Translations under genes and position numbers: made by a program
In this document: piece after piece, positions 42,115-51,766 of the stretch
Layout: the number at the start of each line of letters is the position of its first letter
How positions within the stretch are numbered: the stretch's first letter is position 1
Source of the DNA: Sedimentisphaerales bacterium
GTDB lineage: Bacteria; Planctomycetota; Phycisphaerae; Sedimentisphaerales; SM23-30
DNA length: 64,000 nucleotides
Assembly (NCBI GenBank): GCA_963663965.2
Contig: CAXXFK010000015.1
Location: 1 to 64,000, forward strand
Direction of reading: 5' to 3'
Notes under the pieces: generated by a model
Databases searched by the model: none
The model's input: only the letters and a program-made list of their open reading frames with translations
What the model was told of the DNA's origin: nothing

Positions 42115-44753
42115 GATGATACCTTTTCTGGAGTTTCAATCGATTGATAACGATTTGTTTTCAACAAGCGTCGAGCTGGCCACGCTAACAGGACCAAAGA
42201 TGCCCCGGCCATAATACAAGCAAACACCATAGGAGCAACATCAATTTGATCCAGGAGCATATCAATGCCCCCGACAATCTGGCTTTCCTTGAACATCTGA
42301 ATGGCCTGGTCAGTAAATTGCCAGGGCATGGCTTCATTGATAATCGGCAGAACTATTCCCAAGATTCCTATGCCAACCACCGCCCTGATGATATGGAATG
42401 GGCCGCGATTCCGACGTCCAATGACAACAAAAGTCGCAGAGATAAAAAATAACAAAACAGTCGCAACCATGGTTACTCTTTCAACCAGATGAGGCCAGCC
42501 CTCGTAATTGTTGAACAGTTCTGTTTGGATTTCATTGGCCAGTTCCGGAATGGCTCTCTGGACGAATTCAGGCACGTTCAAAGCATTAACCAATCCCAAG
42601 GTAAACGCCATGAGGAGCAGTATGCTACCCATAAATCCAAGCAGTACCGATAAGGGTTGGAATTCGCCACCATAATAATAGGAAGCGTGGTCCCGTCTTG
42701 AGTCAAAAACTGCCGGATCGATTTGTGAACCGACTTCTGTCTTATAATCAGGGTGGTTGACCCAATTGGTCAAACGTCTTCCCTCACTATCACGAAACTC
42801 TCCCGCTAAGATCATGATGATATCGTATAACCAACCCAGGCCAAATAATCCACCGGTCAAAAGCCAGAGAATGGCGCTGCCGATTTTACCAACATAGATA
42901 CGATGGAAGCCCAATACACCAAAGAAGAAAGCAAGAATAAAGGCAACCAGACGTTTTTTAGGTGAAATTCGCGCTTGATTATACATCGAAACCGATTGGT
43001 ATTGCGGCATTGGAACGGGATTTTGCATAGGTTCATTCGTAGATACTCCAGCCACTGGCGGAGCGACAAACGACGTTTTTCCCGCAGGTTCTGAAACCAC
43101 CTGTCCCTTATAGTATTTTCGGATTTCCTGAGGAATATAAGGGGATGCCGCCTGTATGGCGAGTAAAATTCCCGCCAGTATCCCACCAACAATCGGCGGA
43201 TAAGCGACATCGAACATACCGGCGACGACCATACCTATTACTGCGGCCATCACAGAACGAGAGAGCGATATCCGCTGATCGCGGTCGGGCGCGGTCAATT
43301 TCCAGATATCGACGATCGAGAGTATGATCACGGCAAACGAAGCTTGTACAATGGTAAGTGGATAACGATCATTAGCACCAATGATAATGAGACAGGGAAG
43401 GAATCCCCCGATGACACCGAACGCAGATAATAAGATATTACGCAATGGGGTTGGTTCCATATTCCTGAGGATCGACCAGCGAGCCCATAAAATACCCATT
43501 GAGGCGCCTAACATATTCAAACCGATAAACAGAAAAGATATCCAGAACTCTTCTTGAAAGCCATTGGTAATCAAAGCAGTGCCGGCGGAAACACAAGCCA
43601 GCGTTATCAAAGCCAGTTGTTTACGCTGGTGAAAACCAAGCGGGTCGCCTGTTGCTGGCGGGGGCTGAGAGTGGCCAGTATTGCCGGCTTTCAACGTCTC
43701 AACCCGGGATCTGACTTTTTCACGCACCTGATCGCCAATTTTGCCTATTTTACGGCCGAAATTTTCCCAGGAACGGTCTTCAACATAATCCTGGGTGCCG
43801 GCGCCATCCGGAGGAGGAGTGACTTTTTGCCGCTTTGTTTTATTCCGCGCGTTTTGCATTTTTTCCGCAACCTTTTTGGCGATATCCGAGAGGTCGTCCG
43901 GAGAAAACTGTGAGATACTGTTACGGATATATTCACTGCCAAAGACATCTTCGAGCATGTCACGCACCGTATGATATCTTTCGTTGGGATCTTTGGCGAG
44001 TGCTTTGCGAATCACTTTGGCAAAAGAGGGATTGATGCCGGACAAGTCCGGTTCACTGGACAGATGTTTCATTAAAATTTCACCGGGACTGGCGCCGAAA
44101 TACGGCACCTGGCCGGTCAGCATTTCGTATAAAAGTATGCCCAGGGCATAAATATCAATGCTGCGATCATATTTTCCAGCCCCAATCTCAGGAGCCATGT
44201 AATGGACAGTACCTACGGTTATCGTCTGACCCGTATGGTGGTCAGCATTAATGATTTTGCTGAGCCCGTAATCCCCGATTTTCACATAACCATTTTCGTA
44301 AAAGATGTTAGCCGGTTTCAAATCTCGATGGACGATCCCACAATCATGGAGATAAGCCAGACCTTTGGCAATCTCGCGCAGAAAAAAGGCGGCTTTTTGT
44401 TCACCCAAACCATCGGGCGATTCATCCAGTAACTGCCGAAGAGACGGCCCCGCGACATATTCCATTACCACAAAAGGATCATTGTGCTCACTATACTTGA
44501 TATCGAAAATAGTAACCAGGTGCGGACTCTTGAGATTCATACACTGGCTGATACCACGCAATTCAATCTGACTGCAATTTTGTATGACTTTGAGGGCAAC
44601 CTGTCTGCCGCTATCACTTACCGCATAATAGACTTCGCCAAAGCCCCCGCGGCCAGCAGCCCGCTGAATCGTATAGCCTTCAAGCGGGCGATCTCCATAC
44701 TGATATTGATATAAATTTGTGCTCATTGCCTGTTTTATTCCTTCTTTTATCAT
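42111..44753 (-). CDS. Hanks-type Ser/Thr protein kinase with polytopic membrane region including a TM2 domain
   Basis: Start ATG 44753 (SD GGAGG); GRGGFGEVY, VALK, HRDLKPAN, DYG, GTVHYMAPE, DIYALG; TM2 segment SPKKRLVAFILAFFFGVLGFHRIYVGK. Confidence 0.93.
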   Translation of the reverse strand: MIKEGIKQAMSTNLYQYQYGDRPLEGYTIQRAAGRGGFGEVYYAVSDSGRQVALKVIQNCSQIELRGISQCMNLKSPHLVTIFDIKYSEHNDPFVVMEYVAGPSLRQLLDESPDGLGEQKAAFFLREIAKGLAYLHDCGIVHRDLKPANIFYENGYVKIGDYGLSKIINADHHTGQTITVGTVHYMAPEIGAGKYDRSIDIYALGILLYEMLTGQVPYFGASPGEILMKHLSSEPDLSGINPSFAKVIRKALAKDPNERYHTVRDMLEDVFGSEYIRNSISQFSPDDLSDIAKKVAEKMQNARNKTKRQKVTPPPDGAGTQDYVEDRSWENFGRKIGKIGDQVREKVRSRVETLKAGNTGHSQPPPATGDPLGFHQRKQLALITLACVSAGTALITNGFQEEFWISFLFIGLNMLGASMGILWARWSILRNMEPTPLRNILLSAFGVIGGFLPCLIIIGANDRYPLTIVQASFAVIILSIVDIWKLTAPDRDQRISLSRSVMAAVIGMVVAGMFDVAYPPIVGGILAGILLAIQAASPYIPQEIRKYYKGQVVSEPAGKTSFVAPPVAGVSTNEPMQNPVPMPQYQSVSMYNQARISPKKRLVAFILAFFFGVLGFHRIYVGKIGSAILWLLTGGLFGLGWLYDIIMILAGEFRDSEGRRLTNWVNHPDYKTEVGSQIDPAVFDSRRDHASYYYGGEFQPLSVLLGFMGSILLLMAFTLGLVNALNVPEFVQRAIPELANEIQTELFNNYEGWPHLVERVTMVATVLLFFISATFVVIGRRNRGPFHIIRAVVGIGILGIVLPIINEAMPWQFTDQAIQMFKESQIVGGIDMLLDQIDVAPMVFACIMAGASLVLLAWPARRLLKTNRYQSIETPEKVSS

Positions 44754-44769
44754 GATACAACCTCCCCCC

Positions 44770-46365
44770 TCATTCACGATCATACGGCGTAATAACCAAT
44801 GATGCCTGCCCAATTCGCAAGGGCTGCCCAATCGGCAAAGGCAATTCGCGATTCAGCGGTTGATCCCTGAGGGTTACCAGATCGCGTTTATCGCAAAACA
44901 GATGCCCATCCCGATACGACAGAGCAAACTGATCAGACCAGCCATCATCTCTGACATGCGAACCACTCCCGGGCCCAAAGACCAATTCTCTATTTAGTAG
45001 AACGGCATAGCGAATGTCTTGAGACGGCATACGAGCCGAAGCTAGGTCGAGCAGGGCCGTTGAACTGGCTGGATTCGGCTTTTTGAATTTCATTGATATC
45101 CGATGCGTCAGATCAATACGATCGTTATCATTTAAGATACTTTTATGGGTGGGCTTTTTGTTAACCATCACCGGTTGGTCACTCATTAAAAGGTAATCTT
45201 CTTCAAATCGCTCTATGGTTACAACAGCACCAGTCGCATCCGCCATAACGCCCAAATCCGGCCGTCTGGAAGAACTGATGGGACCTACCGATATGCGGTT
45301 TCCTGGAAATACCAGATAACTCCCGACACCATCCACCTGAATAACAAAACGCTGAGGCAATGCAGGCTCGTTGTGGACAGGTAACATTTCAACGTCTTTC
45401 ATTCTCTGTTGACTGGCCGAATCTGATAAGGACTCATTATGAACCGTGTCCTGCCAGCCTTTCATCGATTGTCCGGTGATCATCAAGCCCAAAGGGCCAT
45501 TTTTAAGCGCTTCAACAGCCTGTGCCGCCTGACGGGCATATTCTTCGGCCGTAGTGAGCCAGGGAGCATCAGGCAGCATAGAGCGGACTTGAGTGAGGAT
45601 TCTAGCCGCATCCTGAGGATGGCAGTGTTCCACAGCACATTGCGCATTGAGCAATTTCTGGATAATTCGTTGCAATTCCCGGAAATCCAGCATATCCGAA
45701 ACCACAGATTCACCCTGTTGGGCCATCATTTGAGCCTGATCAATCCTGCCTGACTGCAAGGCCAACCGCAGGCGGGCACAGAATTCGATACGTATTCTGG
45801 AAATCAGGACAGCCAATTCATCGTCCCGGTTAATCAAATCCCGCCAATTAGCCGACTTCAAGATCGATACAGTCAGATGTATATCTTTTTGCCGTAAAGC
45901 ATGATCCAGTTTTCTTAACAGCAGATTGAGTTTCTGGCGCTGGTCTGTCGCTTGATTCTGTAATACTTTCCCATAATCCTTGTCAACCGAAGCGATTAAA
46001 TTTTCACAGGCGGAAATATCGCCTTTCTTCAAGTGGTTTCTGGCCTGGGTTACCATAGCAACCTGATCAGCATTTTCAGCATGCTTGCGCAGTATCGCCT
46101 GGTTAATCCTGTCTTTTAAAACGGCAATTTCCGGATCGGAACCAGCCAGTTTTTCCGCTTTACAGCAATCGGCATACGCCTCTGAGCAGAGGTCATTTTC
46201 CAGATGTTTTTCAGCCCGATCAGCATAGGCTCGCGCCAATTGTCCGATAAGTTTTTGCGCTTTAGCGTATTCCTGAACATCTGCCTGTTCAATAATGCGG
46301 CAAGCTTCATCCAATCTGCCATCTTTTAATGCTGTCTCTGCTTGTTTTATTTGCAGGAACTTCAC
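44770..46365 (-). CDS. TPR-like helical protein with C-terminal FHA-like beta-sandwich domain(s)
   Basis: GTG start with SD AGGAG; helical repeats (AETALKDGRLDEA, ARNHLKKGDISAC); VDGVGSYLV...ISVG...VMVN...LNDNDRIDL. Confidence 0.7.
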   Translation of the reverse strand: MKFLQIKQAETALKDGRLDEACRIIEQADVQEYAKAQKLIGQLARAYADRAEKHLENDLCSEAYADCCKAEKLAGSDPEIAVLKDRINQAILRKHAENADQVAMVTQARNHLKKGDISACENLIASVDKDYGKVLQNQATDQRQKLNLLLRKLDHALRQKDIHLTVSILKSANWRDLINRDDELAVLISRIRIEFCARLRLALQSGRIDQAQMMAQQGESVVSDMLDFRELQRIIQKLLNAQCAVEHCHPQDAARILTQVRSMLPDAPWLTTAEEYARQAAQAVEALKNGPLGLMITGQSMKGWQDTVHNESLSDSASQQRMKDVEMLPVHNEPALPQRFVIQVDGVGSYLVFPGNRISVGPISSSRRPDLGVMADATGAVVTIERFEEDYLLMSDQPVMVNKKPTHKSILNDNDRIDLTHRISMKFKKPNPASSTALLDLASARMPSQDIRYAVLLNRELVFGPGSGSHVRDDGWSDQFALSYRDGHLFCDKRDLVTLRDQPLNRELPLPIGQPLRIGQASLVITPYDRE

Positions 46366-46486
46366 CGCCGTGCTCCTGTTATTATCGATTTTTAAAAATT
46401 ATATTTTATCGATTATTAATCAGATAACCAAATGAAATCCATCAGCCATCATCACTTACTGCCAGAATGGCAGTCTCATAAAGCAA

Positions 46487-46527
46487 TCCAGACGAAACGC
46501 CGGCTTCCGGCCGACATTTCGTCCGGA
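46487..46527 (-). terminator. 18-bp RNA hairpin downstream of the PspA-like gene
   Basis: Minus strand TCCGGACGAAATGTCGGC-CGGAA-GCCGGCGTTTCGTCTGGA pairs fully with three GU pairs on this strand only; followed by TTGCTTT. Confidence 0.65.
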
Positions 46528-46542
46528 CCAGTCAGCAAATGG

Positions 46543-47385
46543 TTATTGAACAGTTTGCTGACAGGCAAGAGCATTTTCTTCTGAAGGAGTTCGATCTTCT
46601 GAGGGTTGCTCCGGTGCAAAATAATTACTTATCTGTTCAACCAGTTCATTGTCGCTAATTGGTTCATCATCATAAATAACCGGTTCAATAAAACGGCTTT
46701 CATGAGCCAGAACTCGTTCAGCTACATCGAGGCGCTTTTTGATCTGGCCGATCAATTTTTCAGTCTGGGCGATTTTGCTGTTATCAAAATCGACTTTGGA
46801 ATTAGTTGAATTGGCCTTAACCAAACGATATTGACTTTCCAGGGCATCAATTTTATCCTGGAGTAAGAGTTTCTGGCTGCGAGTCTTTTCAAGGGCATCT
46901 AACGCCGTTTGCAATGCACTTTCCCTGGTTGTCAGCAATCGCTTTTTGCTTTCCAGTACCAGTTGAGCCTCTTTAAATCTCTCAAAACGACGGACTAATT
47001 CCACCTTGAGATTTTCACGGTTGTATTTATTGTTGTTAACCGTTAACACCGGCAAAGGAGTTTCCATGGCATCAGTCATTTTCTGGATCTGTATCTTTTC
47101 AGTTTCCAAGGGTTTAACACTGTTGTCGATATCAGCCCTCAAGGCTGCGATCTCGACTTCTTCCTGGGAAATGAGCTTAATATTCGCATGCATTTCCGGA
47201 ATGATATTCTCGAGCAGATCACGTGCCCGTTCCAGTTCAAATTCGATCGAGACAGAATCCTTAGCTATATCTTGAATATGGGTAACAGAAGTGTGCATGT
47301 AGCTCTTTAAATTGGTTCCAAATAACAGACCGCCAGCTACAAGGGCAATCAGAACCACAATAACGATTGTTTTTACCAGTTTCAT
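46543..47385 (-). CDS. coiled-coil protein with N-terminal TM/signal, PspA/IM30-like
   Basis: ATG 47385 with SD GAGGAG; hydrophobic N-terminus, then about 200 aa of heptad-rich helix; PspA-likeness is an inference. Confidence 0.7.
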   Translation of the reverse strand: MKLVKTIVIVVLIALVAGGLLFGTNLKSYMHTSVTHIQDIAKDSVSIEFELERARDLLENIIPEMHANIKLISQEEVEIAALRADIDNSVKPLETEKIQIQKMTDAMETPLPVLTVNNNKYNRENLKVELVRRFERFKEAQLVLESKKRLLTTRESALQTALDALEKTRSQKLLLQDKIDALESQYRLVKANSTNSKVDFDNSKIAQTEKLIGQIKKRLDVAERVLAHESRFIEPVIYDDEPISDNELVEQISNYFAPEQPSEDRTPSEENALACQQTVQ

Positions 47386-47875
47386 GGCGACTCTCCTCAA
47401 AATAGGAACAATATGAGAATTTAAATGACTAAGAACACAAAAGGGTTGTCGCCCAAAGATTTCCTATATTTCCAAAAAAACCATACAAAGCATTAAAATT
47501 TCACAGATTTGACACCGCACCAAGCCCAACCAAATCCCAACTTATTTAATAATAATATCTTACAAACATTTAGGTCATGTTGACACAATTTCATCAATAC
47601 GCATATTGGTTATCAATTTACGCAATATGGCGTTTCTATTCATTCGATATATATCTATGATATCTAATATAGAAGGCTGTACAGATTCGATGCGATTCAG
47701 GCAATTCTTTACAGAATGGCCGGAATGGAACACGGAAGCAAACGTTTCAAAAAGCATTAACCAAAGTCAAGTTTGGTCAGTTCGCAAGGGCATGGAACAC
47801 CTTTGTGATAATTTTAGTTGCATTTTATCTGTATATGCTTTGCGACTACTACGCAGTGGCAGTATTGCTCGCATG

Positions 47876-47905
47876 AAAAAAGGCTTGTGAGACATTCACA
47901 AGCCT
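47876..47905 (-). terminator. intrinsic terminator after fucU
   Basis: AGGCTTGTGA / TCACAAGCCT 10-bp stem with T-run on the minus strand. Confidence 0.75.
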
Positions 47906-47937
47906 GATCTGATTATGGTTGTCAATGGACTTTCGGG

Positions 47938-48372
47938 TCAACCAGTAATTACAACTCCCTTTTTCAGAATGATATTGGCGTAAAGCGCTGTTTCCCCAGT
48001 TGCAATTACGGCGTAAGCTTCTTTAGACCGTTTATAAAAATCAAAGCGCTCAACATAATCAAAATCGTCAAATTTTTCGCCGCTGGCTTTTACGATCGTT
48101 CGATACTCATCCCAAATGGGGGTTTTCACCGTATCGCCAGGAACCAGTTGCATCAGGGCCACTGGCTTCGGCACATAGATATCCAATGGAAATAATTTTA
48201 AAACAGCATCCAGAACCGGGGGCACCCCATGGCCATCCAACCGGATCAATCGACGCGCAATAGCTGCTGCCGGGAAATTGCCATCAGCGATCACCAGTTC
48301 ATCACCGTGGCCCATTTCCATAAGAGTTTTCAGCAATTCGGGATTTAATATTGAAGGGATATTTTTCAACAT
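47938..48372 (-). CDS. fucU: L-fucose mutarotase (RbsD/FucU family)
   Basis: MLKNIP, MGHGDELVIADGNFP, ERFDFY, ATGETALYANIILKKGV. Confidence 0.92.
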   Translation of the reverse strand: MLKNIPSILNPELLKTLMEMGHGDELVIADGNFPAAAIARRLIRLDGHGVPPVLDAVLKLFPLDIYVPKPVALMQLVPGDTVKTPIWDEYRTIVKASGEKFDDFDYVERFDFYKRSKEAYAVIATGETALYANIILKKGVVITG

Positions 48373-48436
48373 ATTCAGTACCTCAACAGATTGGCTATTT
48401 ATCATGAGTTAACAGGCAAATATTTTCACCTTAATT

Positions 48437-50425
48437 TTAATATTTATGGCCATGCACATTAGACGTTCTAAATCCATATATTGCAATGACCACAAAACAG
48501 ATCAGAGGCAATACAAATGACGCCCTGGAGCTGGATAAAGTCATGAAACCCAGATTGAATGCGCTCATATCCATAATAGCCCCCTGCATGGGCGGCATCA
48601 AACAGCCCCCCCCTATCGCCATAATTAATCCAGCCGCTCCCAATTTGGCATCGTCACCAAGCCCTTTCAAAGCAATGCCATATATTGTTGGGAACATTAA
48701 TGACATACAGGCAGATACACCTATCAAACAGTACAGCCCTGTCATACCCTGCATAAATATTACACCTAACACCAGTCCAAATCCGCCGATGGCTAACGTC
48801 ATTAACAATCCCCCCGGGCTGAAATATTTCAACAGGGCAGTACAGATAAAACGGCTACTTACAAAAATGGCCATGGCCAGAATATTGTAATTTTGTGCGG
48901 TCGCTTTTTCCATACCAAGCTCATTTTCAGCGTATTGAATGATAAAGGTCCAACACATAATCTGGGCGCCGACGTAGAAAGCCTGGGCGACGACCCCTTC
49001 AATGTATTTGGCATTGGTCACCAACCGCTTGAGAGTCGATCCTAGATGAAGCGCAGTATCTTCTTCGCCTTTTATTCGAGGGAGACGAGCTATGGCAAAG
49101 ATTATTAAGCACGCCAGCACTACAATCCCCAGAATGGTATATGGTCCAATAATAACATCCAGATCCGCCTTACGTATCGCACTCAACCGATCAGCCGAAG
49201 CGCTGAACCACGGATCCATTACACCCTCGTTTATGGTATGATACATCGACGCGGCGGCCTCAACTGAAGCAGTACATGCTTCCAGTTCACCTTTTATGCT
49301 TTCTTTAAAGGCGGAAGCGCTTATTACATCAGACGATTTTTCCTGATCCTTTATAGCGGCCTTCACTTTATCTTGAGCTTGCTGAACGGTGACCAAAGCC
49401 GTTTTTGACAATTCCATGGCCTGATTAGCCAGATCTGGTTTTATATTCAAAAGCTCTTTTTGCTCATTAACCGCCTGAACGGTCAAGTCCAACAGGGTTC
49501 GATCGCCTTCAAATTGATCTTTCAAATGATTCATCTGATTCTGGAAGGCTTGTTGCAAAGCTTCCGCCTCAGGATTCGAGGTAAACTTCATCAAGGCCAA
49601 TGTTAATATTCCTGGCGCCTGCTTTCGAGCGGTATCCAGTTCAGTTTTGAATTCTGATGCCTTTTCAATACCGGGCGCGGCCATACAACTTAAAGCCTTA
49701 CGCGCCGTATCAAGAGAACTGGCTACCTCTTTCACCTGATCGGTATTAAACGCTACCTCGTTATCTTCATTAACCAACAACTGAGCTTTTTTAACCGACG
49801 CCAGGCTCTCATCATGTAAAAGAACATGTAACAATTGGCCATCCGCTACTTTTTCCAGATATCGTCGTCCTGTTTCTGACGTCGTGTTCAAATTGATCAG
49901 AATGACCTGACTGGCAATCAGCATTCCACAAATTGATCCCATGGGGTTGAACGACTGAGCAAAATTCAATCGCTGGGTTGAGGTCTCTTCAGGGCCCATG
50001 GCTAGTATATAGGGATTGGAACTGGTTTCGAGAAAAGACAAACCACAGGTCATGATGAAATATGAAATCAAAAAGGCCCAGAAAGCCATCATCCAGCCTG
50101 AAGGGATAAACAAAAGACAACCCGTTGCGTAAAGCGCTAAACCAACCAGAATACCTGCTTTATAAGAGAATCTTTTAATAAACAAAGCGGCAGGAATCGC
50201 CATGACACAATAGCCGCCATAAAAGGCAAACTGTACGAGAGAACTCTGAAAATTACTAATAAGAAGAATGTTTTTAAAAGCGGCCACCATGGGATTGGTA
50301 ATATCATTGGCAAAACCCCATAGCGAAAACAGGAATGTTACCAAAGCAAATGAACCAATAACGGTACCTGGTATAACCCTGGATTTCCCATTTTTGTTAA
50401 CTGCATTTGTAAAATCTTCTGCCAT
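48437..50425 (-). CDS. fucP: L-fucose:H+ symporter (FucP, MFS) with a large inserted helical loop
   Basis: LWGFANDITN, QFAFYGGY, FLETSSNPY, RLNFAQSFNPMG, YVGAQI, SLMFPTIY. Confidence 0.88.
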   Translation of the reverse strand: MAEDFTNAVNKNGKSRVIPGTVIGSFALVTFLFSLWGFANDITNPMVAAFKNILLISNFQSSLVQFAFYGGYCVMAIPAALFIKRFSYKAGILVGLALYATGCLLFIPSGWMMAFWAFLISYFIMTCGLSFLETSSNPYILAMGPEETSTQRLNFAQSFNPMGSICGMLIASQVILINLNTTSETGRRYLEKVADGQLLHVLLHDESLASVKKAQLLVNEDNEVAFNTDQVKEVASSLDTARKALSCMAAPGIEKASEFKTELDTARKQAPGILTLALMKFTSNPEAEALQQAFQNQMNHLKDQFEGDRTLLDLTVQAVNEQKELLNIKPDLANQAMELSKTALVTVQQAQDKVKAAIKDQEKSSDVISASAFKESIKGELEACTASVEAAASMYHTINEGVMDPWFSASADRLSAIRKADLDVIIGPYTILGIVVLACLIIFAIARLPRIKGEEDTALHLGSTLKRLVTNAKYIEGVVAQAFYVGAQIMCWTFIIQYAENELGMEKATAQNYNILAMAIFVSSRFICTALLKYFSPGGLLMTLAIGGFGLVLGVIFMQGMTGLYCLIGVSACMSLMFPTIYGIALKGLGDDAKLGAAGLIMAIGGGCLMPPMQGAIMDMSAFNLGFMTLSSSRASFVLPLICFVVIAIYGFRTSNVHGHKY

Positions 50426-50678
50426 CGATAACACCTTTCCGATAATTTGACGTAGAAAAAAACAGCATAATGTTCCAGTTTCGACTGCGCCCGATGAGGC
50501 ACAGTATATTCCAATATAGGAATTTCTAATGTCGATATTACACGTAAGACTTTTATCGCAAAGTAATAACGAAGGGAGTTTACCATATCGAATCGGATTT
50601 CAACAAGTATATTTATCCAAAAGACATTGTCTTTTTCTTGGACAATTATTATGCTGCTTGCACGATTATTGGATTATA

Positions 50679-51743
50679 TCACTTGAGTTCCTCATCGAAT
50701 ACCACTGCCACCTTACCGCATTTACCACCAGCCATCAGTTCATAGGCCCGGCTGACCTGTTCCAGCGGGAAACGGTGTGTTATCAGTTTTTCGGGATGGA
50801 TACCCCAGCGAACGATGCGTTCGACGAGTTCTTCCATACGCCAGATGTTAGTAACCCATGATCCGTAAATGGTTTTCTGATCATGAATTATGTCGGGCGA
50901 TGGTTGAAATTCACAAGTACCGCCTTCTCCCAGAAAGACAATTTTGCCCCATTTGCGTGTGGCTTGAATACAGATTAAACGGGCTTTATTACTGGCAGAA
51001 CAATCGATTGACCGTTCAACGCCATATCCGCCGGTAAGCGCGCGTACCTGTTTAACATTATCCGGATCTGCCTTTAAAACTGTATCAAACAGGCCAAGAT
51101 CCCGGGCTATGCTGATTCGTTCATCAATCACCTCAATACCTATGATATTTTGCGCCCCCATGGCCCGCGCCAACATGGCGGAAGCCAGACCAACCGGCCC
51201 GAGTCCGGTGATTAAAACGGCGTCATTGCCGGAAATTCCAATTTTTTCCAGCCCTTCATAAACGGTACCAAAGCCGCAGGCAACCTGAGCGCCATCCGAA
51301 TAGGATAATTCATCCGGTAACAGCACCAGATCTTTTTCCTCAGCCAGCATATATTCGGCCATGCCGCCATCACGCTGCCAGCCATAAGCACGGCGAAATT
51401 GATCGCTGGTACAGGAGATCATGTAACCACGACGGCAATCATTACAGACACCACAACCGGAGATATGATAAATAATAACCCGATCATTTTCTTTGAACCG
51501 TCGACAACCTGGCCCTGCCTGAACGATCTGACCACATGGCTCATGGCCGGCAATCATGCCGGGTTGATACCCTTCGGGGCCTTTGCCCAGATGTTCGTGA
51601 TAGATACAGCGGATATCCGAACCGCAAATCGTTGAAGACTTGGTCTTAATCAGAACTTCTCCATGACCGGGGACTGGGATATCGAACTCTTGGATTTTCA
51701 CAGTACTGTTACCCGGTAATATTGCGCCTTTCATTTTAGTCAT
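50679..51743 (-). CDS. zinc-binding (MDR) dehydrogenase, sugar/polyol type
   Basis: CGSD, GHE, structural Zn CGVCNDC..C, GLGPVG, IEVID (NAD-type). Confidence 0.92.
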   Translation of the reverse strand: MTKMKGAILPGNSTVKIQEFDIPVPGHGEVLIKTKSSTICGSDIRCIYHEHLGKGPEGYQPGMIAGHEPCGQIVQAGPGCRRFKENDRVIIYHISGCGVCNDCRRGYMISCTSDQFRRAYGWQRDGGMAEYMLAEEKDLVLLPDELSYSDGAQVACGFGTVYEGLEKIGISGNDAVLITGLGPVGLASAMLARAMGAQNIIGIEVIDERISIARDLGLFDTVLKADPDNVKQVRALTGGYGVERSIDCSASNKARLICIQATRKWGKIVFLGEGGTCEFQPSPDIIHDQKTIYGSWVTNIWRMEELVERIVRWGIHPEKLITHRFPLEQVSRAYELMAGGKCGKVAVVFDEELK

Positions 51744-51766
51744 GATATTCTCCCTGATCACTAGGA

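Noticed and set aside
44754..44831. 906-aa kinase start
   Set aside because: It overlaps the upstream gene; ATG 44753 has a proper SD
47575..47890. Short ORFs (60 and 94 aa) in the pspA-like/fucU intergenic region
   Set aside because: No convincing SD or family motif; AT-rich; the longer ORF runs into the fucU terminator
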